Shown: one piece after another, positions 25,960-34,660 of the stretch
How positions within the stretch are numbered: position 1 is the first letter of the stretch
Layout: every line of letters begins with the position of its first letter
From: Minisyncoccota bacterium
GTDB lineage: Bacteria; Patescibacteriota; Minisyncoccia; JAHISW01; Tagabacteraceae
Assembly: GCA_028711505.1 (NCBI GenBank)
Contig: JAQTSC010000001.1
Location: forward strand, 56,447-120,446
Length of the DNA: 64,000 nucleotides
Direction of reading: 5' to 3'
Translations under genes and position numbers: made by a program
Notes under the pieces: model-generated
Told to the model about the DNA's origin: nothing
Seen by the model: only the letters and a program-made list of their open reading frames with translations
Databases searched by the model: none

Positions 25960-27021
25960 ATGACCCAAGCGCTTTATCGTAAATACAGACCGAAAAAATT
26001 CAGCGAAGTTCAAGGGCAGGAACATATCGTAAAAGTTCTTGAAGCGTCGGTAAAATCGGGACGCATTTCTCACGCCTATCTTTTCTCCGGCCCGCGCGGC
26101 ACCGGCAAAACCAGTGTGGCGCGAATTCTTGCTTCGGAAATCGGATGCCACGAGTATGACCTTTTTGAAATGGACGCGGCGTCATCGCGCGGCATAGACG
26201 AAATTCGCAGCCTTCGCGAAGGCGTGCATGTTATGCCGCTGAAAGGAAAATGCAAAGTATATATAGTGGACGAAGTTCACATGCTTACAAAAGAAGCGTT
26301 TAACGCGCTTCTAAAAACACTTGAAGAACCGCCGGCTCACGCTATTTTTATGCTTGCCACGACCGAGCCCGAAAAACTTCCCGACACAATTGTTTCCCGC
26401 TGCCAGCATTTTTCGTTTAAAAAAATACCGGAAGATATTTTAGCCGAGTCCGTTTTAAAAGTCGCCAAAAAAGAAGGGTTTGAGATGGACGAGGAATCCG
26501 CAGGGCTTGTGGCGCTTTTTTCGGACGGTTCTTTCCGCGACAGCCAGGTGATGCTTGATCAGCTTTTAAGTATTGCCGATAAAAACAAAGATAAGAAAAT
26601 AAGCGGCCGGGAAGCGCGGGAGATACTCTCGGCTCCTTCAAAAGACCTTATCCGCGATTTTGTTTTGGCGGTTTTGGATGCCGATACCGATAAAGGTTTT
26701 TCGGTTCTGCAAAAAATCGTTGAAAAGGGAATGGCGGTGCAGCTTTTTTTGAAATTTGTTTTAAGGGATATCCGCGCCATCTTGATGCTCAAGCTTTCTC
26801 CAAAAAGCGAAGAGCTTCTTCTGAAAATTTTGGGCAAAGATGAAATGGAATTTTTGAAATCTAAAAAAGACACTTTAAGCGTGAAAGATCTGGGCTTTAC
26901 CTTATTCCTGCTTTTGGACGCTTATGACAAAACCAACCGCGCTTATTTGCCCCAGCTTCCTCTTGAATTGACTCTTGCAAAAATTCAGCTAAGGAAGCAG
27001 GGAGGGGTTGACGCTCGTTAA
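25960..27021 (+). CDS. dnaX: DNA polymerase III subunit gamma/tau, short form
   Basis: YRPKKFSEVQGQEHIVKVLE...AYLFSGPRGTGKTSVARILA clamp-loader AAA+ motifs with sensor motifs. 353 aa, ending after domain III. Confidence 0.85.
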   Translation: MTQALYRKYRPKKFSEVQGQEHIVKVLEASVKSGRISHAYLFSGPRGTGKTSVARILASEIGCHEYDLFEMDAASSRGIDEIRSLREGVHVMPLKGKCKVYIVDEVHMLTKEAFNALLKTLEEPPAHAIFMLATTEPEKLPDTIVSRCQHFSFKKIPEDILAESVLKVAKKEGFEMDEESAGLVALFSDGSFRDSQVMLDQLLSIADKNKDKKISGREAREILSAPSKDLIRDFVLAVLDADTDKGFSVLQKIVEKGMAVQLFLKFVLRDIRAILMLKLSPKSEELLLKILGKDEMEFLKSKKDTLSVKDLGFTLFLLLDAYDKTNRAYLPQLPLELTLAKIQLRKQGGVDAR

Positions 27022-27046
27022 TTTTTGTATAGAAACCGATTTTTTC

Positions 27047-27076
27047 TTGCTGTTTTTGCCGAAGGGGCGTTATAAT
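27047..27076 (+). promoter_or_regulatory. Candidate promoter (TTGCTG - 18 nt - TATAAT)
   Basis: Consensus -10 TATAAT at 27071-27076 with a -35-like hexamer 18 nt upstream. Precedes two small ORFs. Confidence 0.4.
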
Positions 27077-27129
27077 TTTGGCAAGATTTTTCTTTGACAA
27101 AACTATTTTTGAAAGGAGATGTTGCTATT

Positions 27130-27324
27130 ATGATGATTGGTTTTTGTCAGAAAAAGAATCGAAATATTCCGGACAGAAAAGTTGAACATTATTGTTTTCC
27201 CTCGGGTTGTATCCAGCTTGTCATGAAGGCGACAAATCCTAAAGAACGAATAATCAAAAGGAATTTGCGGGACAATGGTAAGAATGGAAACGGGAATAGG
27301 AATGGCAAAAACGGATGCAGATGA
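27130..27324 (+). CDS. Candidate 64-aa small protein with Cys pairs and Asn/Gly-rich C-terminus (...GKNGNGNRNGKNGCR)
   Basis: RBS AGGAG 11 nt upstream of ATG 27130 (the ORF track extends it to a TTG at 27094). Within the promoter-terminator unit at 27047-27587. Confidence 0.25.
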   Translation: MMIGFCQKKNRNIPDRKVEHYCFPSGCIQLVMKATNPKERIIKRNLRDNGKNGNGNRNGKNGCR

Positions 27325-27355
27325 TTTTATTTTTGCGAGAAAGGAGGGGTAGAAA

Positions 27356-27514
27356 ATGGCGGAAGGAATTCCTTGCGTTTGTGTCGGTTGTCTGATGGCT
27401 GAAAAAGATGATTGCGACGAAGGAAAATTTGGCCTTTCTTTTAAAAACTGTACTAACGGCAAAGTGATTGAATGTGATCTGCGCATTCCCTTGCCGGAAG
27501 AAAAAGGAGCTTAG
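27356..27514 (+). CDS. Candidate 52-aa Cys-rich small protein (MAEGIPCVCVGCLMAEKDDCDEG...NCTNGKVIECD...)
   Basis: Strong RBS AAAGGAGGGG 7 nt upstream of ATG 27356; 7 Cys in 52 aa; terminator follows at 27541-27587. Confidence 0.35.
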   Translation: MAEGIPCVCVGCLMAEKDDCDEGKFGLSFKNCTNGKVIECDLRIPLPEEKGA

Positions 27515-27540
27515 CTAGTTTAGATGAAAAACAAAAAACA

Positions 27541-27587
27541 AAAGTCTTTCACGGCGTTCTTGCCATGAAAGACTTTTTCGTTTTTAA
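27541..27587 (+). terminator. Rho-independent terminator (AAAGTCTTTCACGG...CCATGAAAGACTTT + TTCGTTTTT)
   Basis: 14-bp stem and T-tract read directly. Confidence 0.7.
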
Positions 27588-27636
27588 TTAGAAGGAAGGG
27601 GAAAAATAATAATAAAAACTAATTTGACCCTAAACC

Positions 27637-27707
27637 TGCGGGGTCGTCTAGCGGTAGGACATCGCCCTTTGGAGGCGAGTACCTTGGTTCGAATCCAAGC
27701 CCCGCAG
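27637..27707 (+). tRNA. tRNA-Gln (anticodon TTG), CCA not encoded
   Basis: Manual cloverleaf. Acceptor TGCGGGG/CCCCGCA, D-arm GTCT..GGAC, anticodon stem TCGCC/GGCGA with loop CTTTGGA (U33, TTG, G37), T-arm CTTGG-TTCGAAT-CCAAG, discriminator G. Confidence 0.8.
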
Positions 27708-27734
27708 GTTTGCGGTCAAATTGTCGCGGGATCG

Positions 27735-27754
27735 CCTGCCTGCCGGCAGGCAGG
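27735..27754. repeat. Perfect 20-nt GC-rich palindrome CCTGCCTGCCGGCAGGCAGG
   Basis: Read directly. Sits between the tRNA-Gln and its truncated duplicate. Related copies lie at 46663-46683 and 46770-46790 inside uvrA. Confidence 0.7.
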
Positions 27755-27807
27755 TCTAGCGGTAGGACATCGCCCTTTGGAGGCGAGTATCTTGGTTCGA
27801 ATCCAAG
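27754..27807 (+). pseudogene. Truncated tRNA-Gln duplicate (D-arm to T-arm only, no acceptor stem)
   Basis: 54 nt identical, apart from one C>T, to the 27646-27699 core of the tRNA-Gln. The 5' flank (GGCAGGCAG) and 3' flank (TTCGATT) cannot pair. An 8-bp hairpin TTCGATTT...AAATCGAA follows. Confidence 0.55.
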
Positions 27808-27846
27808 TTCGATTTCTTTTCTGTAAATCGAATTGGCAAATAAAAC

Positions 27847-28341
27847 ATGAAAAATAATATCATTTTTAGAAAAGCAGAAATAAAAGATTTAAAAGACATC
27901 CTCAAATTAAATTTTGAATTATTCAAGAAAGAGCATAAAAAATTTGATAAGAGTTTGAATTTGGAATGGACATACAAAAATGGAAGAAAATATTTTAAGG
28001 ATCGCGTTACTAAAAAAGATGGTTTTGTGGAAGTTGTAAAAAACAATGATAAAACAGTCGGCTATCTGTGCGGCGGTATTTCAGAATTCTTGCCCTATCG
28101 AAAAAGGGCCAGATATGCAGAATTGGAAAATATGTTTATAGCAAAAGAATTCAGAGGAAAGAATTTGGGCGCCAAATTAACAAAAGATTTTATAAATTGG
28201 TGCAAGAAAAGTAAAATTGATTATATCTCCGTAAGAGCTTCTAGCCTAAATAAACCGGCATTGGGATTTTATAGAATTTTAGGGTTCAAAGACTACGATA
28301 CTATTTTAGAAATGAGATTGCTGAAAAGAAAAATTAAATAA
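27847..28341 (+). CDS. GNAT-family N-acetyltransferase
   Basis: 164 aa with an acetyl-CoA-binding motif region (IAKEFRGKNLGAKLTKDFINWCK...) typical of GNAT folds. Confidence 0.75.
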   Translation: MKNNIIFRKAEIKDLKDILKLNFELFKKEHKKFDKSLNLEWTYKNGRKYFKDRVTKKDGFVEVVKNNDKTVGYLCGGISEFLPYRKRARYAELENMFIAKEFRGKNLGAKLTKDFINWCKKSKIDYISVRASSLNKPALGFYRILGFKDYDTILEMRLLKRKIK

Positions 28342-28520
28342 ATGACCTATCGTGGGTTCGAACCGAATTTGAAAAATTAAAGCGAGTATTTTCAATGATT
28401 TCTCAGAAAAAGTTCAAATAGGCTCTCTCCGCCAATTAGGAATTTTAGGGGGCTGTAGTCAGAAACTTTTGTCGGGCGCAAAGGCTTATATAGGAAAAGA
28501 GAAATCTCAAAACTTATGCC

Positions 28521-30374
28521 ATGAGTCAATCAAACGCCAATAACTTCGCGGAAAAGTTTTCAAAAAATACCATAATCAAGCTCTTCGCATGCGTCGGGCT
28601 TGCCGTTTTTTGGGTGGTGTTTCTTTGGAATTTTTGGGATAGGGAAGTATATGCTTTGGGCATCAACGCCCTTGTTTTTTTTGCGTTATTCCTCGGATTT
28701 TTTATTTGGGTCCTTTTTGAAAAAGGCAGATGCTTGAAGAAGGATACTCTTTGGATTGTCCCGTTATCGTTGATGATTGTCAGCTTTTTTTTGTATGATA
28801 ATCCGTTTGTGAAAGTTGTGACATTGCTTGTCGGCCCTGTTTCTTTTTTCGTTTTTTATAACTATTCCTTTTTGAAAGACAGGAGGGAAAAATCGTGGAA
28901 TTTATCTTTCGCGCTGAGTTTGTTTATTGGACGCCTAGTGGCAATTTTCGGCAATATCGGCAAGTCGGCTATTTTGTATTTAGAGTTTATAATCCCGGCA
29001 AACGAGAAATATAAAAAGATTATTGCCAGAATACTTATAGGGTTTGTTTTTTTTGTGATCATCTCGCTTGCCGTTTTGATCCCCTTGCTGTCTTCGGCAG
29101 ATGCGGTTTTTGCTCACTCCGTCAAAGCGGTTTATGATTGGGCAACAAAAATCATATCGCTACCGTTTGCGAAAAAGCTGTTTTTTGCAGCCATTCTTTC
29201 CGTAATTTTTTTAGCAGCGGTGATTACATGGGAAAAGGAATTTGATTATAACAAAAAAGAAAAAGAAACTTTTCCAATAGATTCCATTATTGCCGGTATT
29301 GTGCTTGGAGGCATCCTGATAGTGTATTTGCTTTTTTTGTGGATACAAATCGGTCATTTATGGGTCGGTTCATTGCCGTTTGATTTTAAAACTACTGAAA
29401 ATTTGGTAAAAAGCGGTTTTTGGCAGCTGTTGGTTTTGACGTTTCTTAATATTTTTATTTACTTTTTCATCTATAAAAAGACTTCATTGTTTGTGCAGAA
29501 AATTTTACTTGCATTTACCGCGGCTTCATTATTGCTTCTTGTTTCAGCGGGATACCGCATGGGTCTATATGTGATTTTTTACGGATTTAGTTATGAGAAA
29601 TTTTTTGCCTCATATACGGTATTATTTTGCGCGTTGCTTTTTTTCTGGCTATTATTGAGATTAGTTGTTGATAAAAAAACAGATATTCTTAAAACGGCGG
29701 TTGTTCTGTTTATTTGGATGTACGGGGTGATGACGGTTTTCCCCGTAGAACAGTTTATTTTTCGTTCAAACATAGCGCTCTCGCATCGTGAAGATTCGCG
29801 CATTAAACTCTCGGAACTTTCCATGCTTTCGCCGGATGTGCTGGGATTGGTAAAAAGATATGAAGCGGCGGGTGTTTTGAAAAAAGAAACGTTTGATTGG
29901 ACGCCTTGGATAGAAAGCCAGGAGAAAAAAGTTGCTGATAAAAAGTGGTACGAGCGCAATGCGATGAACCTGCTTTATCTGGCAAATAAAACTGAAACAG
30001 AAAATAATTTGGTCGGCGGCGACAAAGACGTTTACGGCTGTATCGGTTCTGCCGGCTACTCGTGGTGTGAAGCAAAACAAAAATGTATCAGAAGTTGGGA
30101 AGAATATTGTACGATAACAACGCCAAAGAAAGTTGTTTTCGCTTGCGACGGCTCAAAAACAATCACTGCCACGTTTTATATTGGCGACGATAAATTTGTT
30201 GATTTGGAATTAAGCGATGGCAAAAAACTTTCCGTGCCGCGTGCCATATCCGCTTCCGGCGCGCGATACACTAAAGCCGACGAGACTTTTGTTTTTTGGA
30301 ACAAAGGAGATACGGCGTTCATAACCGAGGGCGCGGATAGCGTTGAAACTTATTCAAACTGCAATCTTCAATAA
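28521..30374 (+). CDS. Polytopic integral membrane protein with a C-terminal MliC-like (C-type lysozyme inhibitor) domain
   Basis: About 12 predicted TM helices over aa 1-400. The C-terminal 90 aa (CDGSKTITATFYIGDDKFVDLELSDGKKLSVPRAISASGARYTKADETFVFWNKGDTAFI...SNCN) match the MliC fold pattern (C...SGARY...FW.KGD...C). Confidence 0.55.
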   Translation: MSQSNANNFAEKFSKNTIIKLFACVGLAVFWVVFLWNFWDREVYALGINALVFFALFLGFFIWVLFEKGRCLKKDTLWIVPLSLMIVSFFLYDNPFVKVVTLLVGPVSFFVFYNYSFLKDRREKSWNLSFALSLFIGRLVAIFGNIGKSAILYLEFIIPANEKYKKIIARILIGFVFFVIISLAVLIPLLSSADAVFAHSVKAVYDWATKIISLPFAKKLFFAAILSVIFLAAVITWEKEFDYNKKEKETFPIDSIIAGIVLGGILIVYLLFLWIQIGHLWVGSLPFDFKTTENLVKSGFWQLLVLTFLNIFIYFFIYKKTSLFVQKILLAFTAASLLLLVSAGYRMGLYVIFYGFSYEKFFASYTVLFCALLFFWLLLRLVVDKKTDILKTAVVLFIWMYGVMTVFPVEQFIFRSNIALSHREDSRIKLSELSMLSPDVLGLVKRYEAAGVLKKETFDWTPWIESQEKKVADKKWYERNAMNLLYLANKTETENNLVGGDKDVYGCIGSAGYSWCEAKQKCIRSWEEYCTITTPKKVVFACDGSKTITATFYIGDDKFVDLELSDGKKLSVPRAISASGARYTKADETFVFWNKGDTAFITEGADSVETYSNCNLQ

Positions 30375-30390
30375 GATAAAAAAATGCGTT

Positions 30391-31842
30391 TTATTTTAAC
30401 ACGCTCCACATATTAGGATCCGCGCTGCCGTCAAACTTGAACACGGCGACTCCGCGGACTCCGAGTTTGCGCGCGAGCGCGACTTTTTCTGCGATGGCTT
30501 GAGTATCGCTCCACGATAAAAAGTTGAAAGGCTGACTGGTATTTACCTGTGAGCCTGTGTTTTGCGCGACGGAAGAAGACGCGATTTCCTGCTGTGTCTG
30601 GGTTAATTCGTTTCCGGCGGGAGCAATCGCTTCAAGAACTTTTGGATCGTATGTAAATCCGAGTTCATTGGCGCTGGTGCGAGTTGGCGTAATGCCGAGC
30701 TGGCTGGCAATATCAGTGGCGTAGCGCGGATTAAACGGCCAAAGCAATTTATATTGATAACTGCCGTCGGTTTTGGGCGTTATCGTGTATTCGTAGCCGT
30801 ACGTGGGAATGCCTATTATTATTTTATTTTTTGAAATTTTTTGGCTTGCGAGATTAACCAAAGTTTCCACCCATGCCGGGTCCGCAACCGGCGCGTATGG
30901 TGCTTTGCGGGCTGAATTCAAAAGTACATCTATTGTCCCTTGGTCGTAAGCCATTATTTCCACGCGGTCGCAGTATTTGTTTATTGCCGCGTAATCGTTG
31001 GCATAATCCATTGCGTCATCGGGGATAGTCGCGCCCGGGCTGTAGCGGTGGCTAAGCGGCATACGGGCTTCAATAGTGCAATAAACCCATTTGTTGCCCA
31101 TTCGCTGATATAATCCCTTGAGGAAAGTTGAAAAATAATCTATTGTTTCGTGTTTTTTCGCTTCAAAATCTATATCAATGCCGTCAAAACCGTTTTGTTT
31201 GACCGTGTTCGCTATTTCGTCTTCAAGAGCGATGCGGCTTGTGGTGTTGCTTAATATTTTGTGTATCGCGTTGCCGTCTCCCCACATTACCGTTGGCACG
31301 ACTCTAGTTTTATTTTTCTTTGCCTCGGCAACAAAGCTGGTCCAGGGTTCTTGTCCGAGTTTCGCGGTGTCGGCCAAAGTGCCGTTGCTTTTTACCGTGT
31401 AGCCAAAAGGCATTACGCTTGTGAGTTGCGTGATGTGCTCAAGAGTTTCGCGAGTGCCCGTGGCTGAACGCCAATATGGCACCCAGCCTGAAAATTCAAA
31501 TGTTGGACTTTTTGTGGTTGCGGTGCTTGAGGAGCCTGAGAGAGCGGCACGGGTTTTTGGCCCGTAAACTCCATAACCCGAGGCTTTTGTTCCCGAGCAA
31601 ATAATATTTTGTTCGCATTGGAATTTTTTAAGCGCGGCTTCCGTAAGAGAACCGAAGTATCCGGTATTTTTTCCCGAAGCAAGATATCCTTTTTCAATAA
31701 GTTTATTTTGCAAAGCGCGCACGTCTTCGCCCGAGAGTCCGAAAGAAAGTGAGCGTTCAGCCGCCATGGCGCCAAGGGGCAAGATGAAAAATATCCCAAA
31801 AAACAAAAATAGGGTTAAAGCAAGTTTTTTTCTCATAAACAT
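30391..31842 (-). CDS. Secreted glycoside hydrolase family 18 (chitinase/peptidoglycan hydrolase-like) with N-terminal peptidoglycan-binding domain
   Basis: Signal peptide. PG_binding_1-like segment (LSFGLSGEDVRALQNKLIEKGYLASGKNTGYFGSLTEAALKKFQ). GH18 catalytic DxxDxDxE motif in GFDGIDIDFE. Confidence 0.75.
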   Translation of the reverse strand: MFMRKKLALTLFLFFGIFFILPLGAMAAERSLSFGLSGEDVRALQNKLIEKGYLASGKNTGYFGSLTEAALKKFQCEQNIICSGTKASGYGVYGPKTRAALSGSSSTATTKSPTFEFSGWVPYWRSATGTRETLEHITQLTSVMPFGYTVKSNGTLADTAKLGQEPWTSFVAEAKKNKTRVVPTVMWGDGNAIHKILSNTTSRIALEDEIANTVKQNGFDGIDIDFEAKKHETIDYFSTFLKGLYQRMGNKWVYCTIEARMPLSHRYSPGATIPDDAMDYANDYAAINKYCDRVEIMAYDQGTIDVLLNSARKAPYAPVADPAWVETLVNLASQKISKNKIIIGIPTYGYEYTITPKTDGSYQYKLLWPFNPRYATDIASQLGITPTRTSANELGFTYDPKVLEAIAPAGNELTQTQQEIASSSVAQNTGSQVNTSQPFNFLSWSDTQAIAEKVALARKLGVRGVAVFKFDGSADPNMWSVLK

Positions 31843-31978
31843 ATATTAACAGACGCGAAAGGATTTCAGAAGTTCCAAAACGGAATAAGTTTTCGGCGCG
31901 AAATTTTTGTTTGCGTATTTTTTTAGGAAGAGCGATAATAACTGAACCTTTATCCGTTTAAAAAATATTTTACGATTT

Positions 31979-33124
31979 ATGCCTCGCAGTAAAACAACCG
32001 GAGAAAAATCGCTTGCGCTTCACAAAAAAAATGTCGGAAAATTTTGCGTTGCCAGTAAAGTGCCTCTTGATAATGCCGATGATTTGAGCGTCGTTTACAC
32101 TCCCGGAGTGGGAACAGTAAGCTCTTTTTTGTCGAAAAATAAAAACAAGGCGCGCGAATACACGATGAAAGGGAATAGTGTTGCCGTAGTTTCCGACGGC
32201 TCGGCCGTGCTCGGTCTCGGAAATATCGGTCCTGAAGCAGCTTTGCCTGTAATGGAAGGCAAATGTCTTATTTTTAAAAAATTTGCCGACATAGATGCCG
32301 TGCCCATAGTGCTTTCCACTCAAAACACGGAAGAAATTATCAGCGCGGTAAAAGCCATCTCTCCGACATTCGGCGGCATAAACCTTGAAGATATTTCCGC
32401 CCCTCGATGTTTTGAGATAGAGGAGCGGCTTAAAACGGAGCTTGATATTCCTGTGATGCATGATGATCAGCATGGCACGGCGATTGTTATTTTAGCAGGT
32501 CTTATAAACGCCTTAAAAGTTGTTAAAAAGAAAATTTCGGATGTAAAAATTGTAGTAAGCGGCGCGGGAGCGGCCGGGGTGGCGGCGGTTAAAATGATTT
32601 TAGGAGAAGGCGCTAAAAATATTTTGGTTTTGGACAGCAAAGGAATTATTCATAAAAATAGGGAAGGGTTAAATGGGGAAAAAATAAAAATTGCGGAAAC
32701 TACGAACAGCAATAATTGTTCCGGAAATCTTTCCGACGCGCTAGAAGGAGCGGATGTTTTTATCGGCGTTTCCGCAGCCGGAATTTTGACGCAAGAAATG
32801 GTTCGTAAAATGGCGAAAAATCCGGTGATTTTCGCCTTGGCGAATCCTGTCCCTGAGATCATGCCCGATTTGGCGCTTAAAGCGGGGGCAAAAATAGTCG
32901 CCACCGGAAGAAGCGATTTTCCCAACCAGCTGAATAACGCTTTGGTCTTTCCCGGAGTTTTCCGCGGAGCGATTGATAATAAAATTTCTAAAATTACGGA
33001 TGAGATGAAAAGAAAAGCCGCCCGCGCTTTGGCGAAGCTGGTTTCAAAGCCGAATTCAAAACTTCTTGTGCCGAAAGTTTTTGACAAAAGAGTGGTTAAG
33101 ACTGTTTCCCGAGCTATCAGATAA
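31979..33124 (+). CDS. NAD(P)-dependent malic enzyme (short ~380-aa form)
   Basis: LSVVYTPGVGTVS..., NLEDISAPRCFEIEERL, VVSGAGAAGVAAVK Rossmann motif and FALANPVPEI; typical of compact bacterial malic enzymes. Confidence 0.85.
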   Translation: MPRSKTTGEKSLALHKKNVGKFCVASKVPLDNADDLSVVYTPGVGTVSSFLSKNKNKAREYTMKGNSVAVVSDGSAVLGLGNIGPEAALPVMEGKCLIFKKFADIDAVPIVLSTQNTEEIISAVKAISPTFGGINLEDISAPRCFEIEERLKTELDIPVMHDDQHGTAIVILAGLINALKVVKKKISDVKIVVSGAGAAGVAAVKMILGEGAKNILVLDSKGIIHKNREGLNGEKIKIAETTNSNNCSGNLSDALEGADVFIGVSAAGILTQEMVRKMAKNPVIFALANPVPEIMPDLALKAGAKIVATGRSDFPNQLNNALVFPGVFRGAIDNKISKITDEMKRKAARALAKLVSKPNSKLLVPKVFDKRVVKTVSRAIR

Positions 33125-33147
33125 ACAGCGAAATTTTTAGAAAAAGA

Positions 33148-33183
33148 AATCCCCCGATTTCGTAAAACGAAATCGGGGGATTG
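33148..33183. terminator. Bidirectional hairpin terminator between convergent genes (AAATCCCCCGATTTCG...CGAAATCGGGGGATT)
   Basis: 15/16-bp stem read directly; T-rich on the minus side. Confidence 0.65.
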
Positions 33184-33186
33184 GCT

Positions 33187-33708
33187 TTATGCGTGGGAGT
33201 GCGATGAAATAGAAACTACTTTGCCGGGGATTTTTTTACTGTCTTTTCCCTCCTCTGTGCGGTTGAACAATAATTTTTGCAGAATTTCGTTATGTAAATC
33301 TTCTTCAACAAAAAACAAGGGATATTCCATCGGGCGGGTTTGGATGAACATGCTCTTTGCCAGCGATAAAGCTGTTACGCAATAACCGACCGTGATGGTG
33401 TTTTCCTCTATGTCCGCGATTTCTTGGACGGAAAGAAGAACTGTTTCGCGTTTTTCTCCCAGTTCGATTTTAAGGAAGGCTGCCAGTTCAATTGATTCTT
33501 CTTCCGATTCGTGTTTGTCTTTCTCTCTGCTTCTGAAAGAAAGTTCACACCTTCGTATTCCGGACCATAATATGTTCAGGTTTTCGTCGCTAAGCCCCAA
33601 TGCCTCTCTATATTCTTTTGAATGGTTTAAAATTATGTCCCGATTTTCTTGCAGTCTTTTCTTCATTCTGCAAACCATCTTTTGAATATCGTCTTTATAT
33701 CCGGGCAT
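33187..33708 (-). CDS. Hypothetical acidic cytoplasmic protein, C-terminus ...ISSHSHA
   Basis: 173-aa ORF with no recognisable family motif. Bounded by terminator hairpins on both sides. Confidence 0.5.
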   Translation of the reverse strand: MPGYKDDIQKMVCRMKKRLQENRDIILNHSKEYREALGLSDENLNILWSGIRRCELSFRSREKDKHESEEESIELAAFLKIELGEKRETVLLSVQEIADIEENTITVGYCVTALSLAKSMFIQTRPMEYPLFFVEEDLHNEILQKLLFNRTEEGKDSKKIPGKVVSISSHSHA

Positions 33709-33797
33709 AACCCCTCCTTATTCAAGATTCAAGTTTCAAATTTCTGTTCTTTTTCTTTTTAACTTTTCTTCCGTCAGAAGTCAATTTTTTGTTTTAG

Positions 33798-33849
33798 GCG
33801 GCAAAATAAAAACCCTTCCTTCGGTCTATGTATCCGAAGAAAGGGTTTT
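33798..33849 (-). terminator. Minus-strand hairpin plus T-tract located in the 5' region upstream of the 33708 gene (attenuator-like or sRNA terminator)
   Basis: AAACCCTTCCTTCGG-tctatgta-TCCGAAGAAAGGGTTTT stem (one mismatch). The T-run (GGGTTTTTATTTTG) is on the minus strand only. Confidence 0.4.
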
Positions 33850-33983
33850 CGGGAAAAAAAAGAGCATGAACATTATTAAATTAGCATTTTTGCCAGCTTT
33901 GTCAACAAGGTAAAATTCAATTTTATTCACAGCCTCTTGTTGTGGATTTTATTTCATTTTTGGGGCATAATAGAGATATTCAT

Positions 33984-34361
33984 ATGTTTATGCCACTTTT
34001 TTCTCAATCTCAGACTTCTTTCTCTTATTGGCTGCCCAGAGTGCTCACCATGCTATTCGTGATTTTTATGGGTTTTGTGGCTAACGCGGAAATAGACAGC
34101 AAATATGAATATCCGGATGTGCTTACCGCTTCGGCTCTTCATTATATTCCTACTGCCATAGTCGCTATTGCCGGCGCCATTGCCTGGAGAAAAGAGAAGC
34201 TGGGGGCATTCGCGATGGTTTTTCTCGGGCTGCTCTATATTGCTTTGGGCTGGGGTTCTCAATCAATCTGGGCTTTTTTGGCGGTGTCCGGACCTTTATT
34301 TTTAATAGGAGCGATTTTTTTGCGGAACGATTTGGAAAATAAAAAGAAGTTAATTTCGTAA
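33984..34361 (+). CDS. Small integral membrane protein (about 4 TM helices), hypothetical
   Basis: Start uncertain: the ORF opens at 33942, and internal ATGs at 33984 and 33990 precede the hydrophobic core. Four hydrophobic segments. Confidence 0.45.
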   Translation: MFMPLFSQSQTSFSYWLPRVLTMLFVIFMGFVANAEIDSKYEYPDVLTASALHYIPTAIVAIAGAIAWRKEKLGAFAMVFLGLLYIALGWGSQSIWAFLAVSGPLFLIGAIFLRNDLENKKKLIS

Positions 34362-34442
34362 ATTTTTAAGCAACTTTAAAATAGTGTTTTTTATCTCGCT
34401 AAAGCCGCGGGATATTTTTATTTTCACGATTTTTGGTACAAT

Positions 34443-34649
34443 ATGGGCATGGATGATAAAAAACATTTTATATGCCCTGTCTGTGGCGTGCTTTCGGACG
34501 AGCCCGGTGTTTGTAAAACCGGCGGCTGCGAGAGGGAAAATATGCCTTTGAAAGAATGCCGTTGCGGAAACGGAGAAGAGCATAAAAAAGCCGTTGCTAA
34601 AGGCGGATGCGATTGCGGCGATTCAGGCTGTTGTTCTTGCTGCGGATAA
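34443..34649 (+). CDS. 68-aa Cys-rich small protein: zinc-ribbon-like N-half (CPVCG...CKTGGC) and poly-Cys C-terminus (GGCDCGDSGCCSCCG)
   Basis: 15 Cys in 68 aa. Its stop lies 11 nt before the start of the downstream nuclease gene. Confidence 0.5.
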   Translation: MGMDDKKHFICPVCGVLSDEPGVCKTGGCERENMPLKECRCGNGEEHKKAVAKGGCDCGDSGCCSCCG

Positions 34650-34660
34650 AATTTGACGAG

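Noticed and set aside
27624-27857. 77-aa ORF in the track spanning the tRNA region
   Set aside because: It is the translation of the tRNA-Gln, the palindrome and the tRNA duplicate; not a protein gene.
28342-28380. GTGGGTTCGAACCGA, resembling a tRNA T-arm
   Set aside because: No compatible acceptor, D or anticodon arms can be drawn on either strand; at most a decayed fragment.
34437-34449. Possible leaderless start for the 68-aa Cys-rich gene (TGgTACAAT extended -10 abutting the ATG)
   Set aside because: Spacing would place the transcription start after the first ATG; too speculative without 5'-end data.
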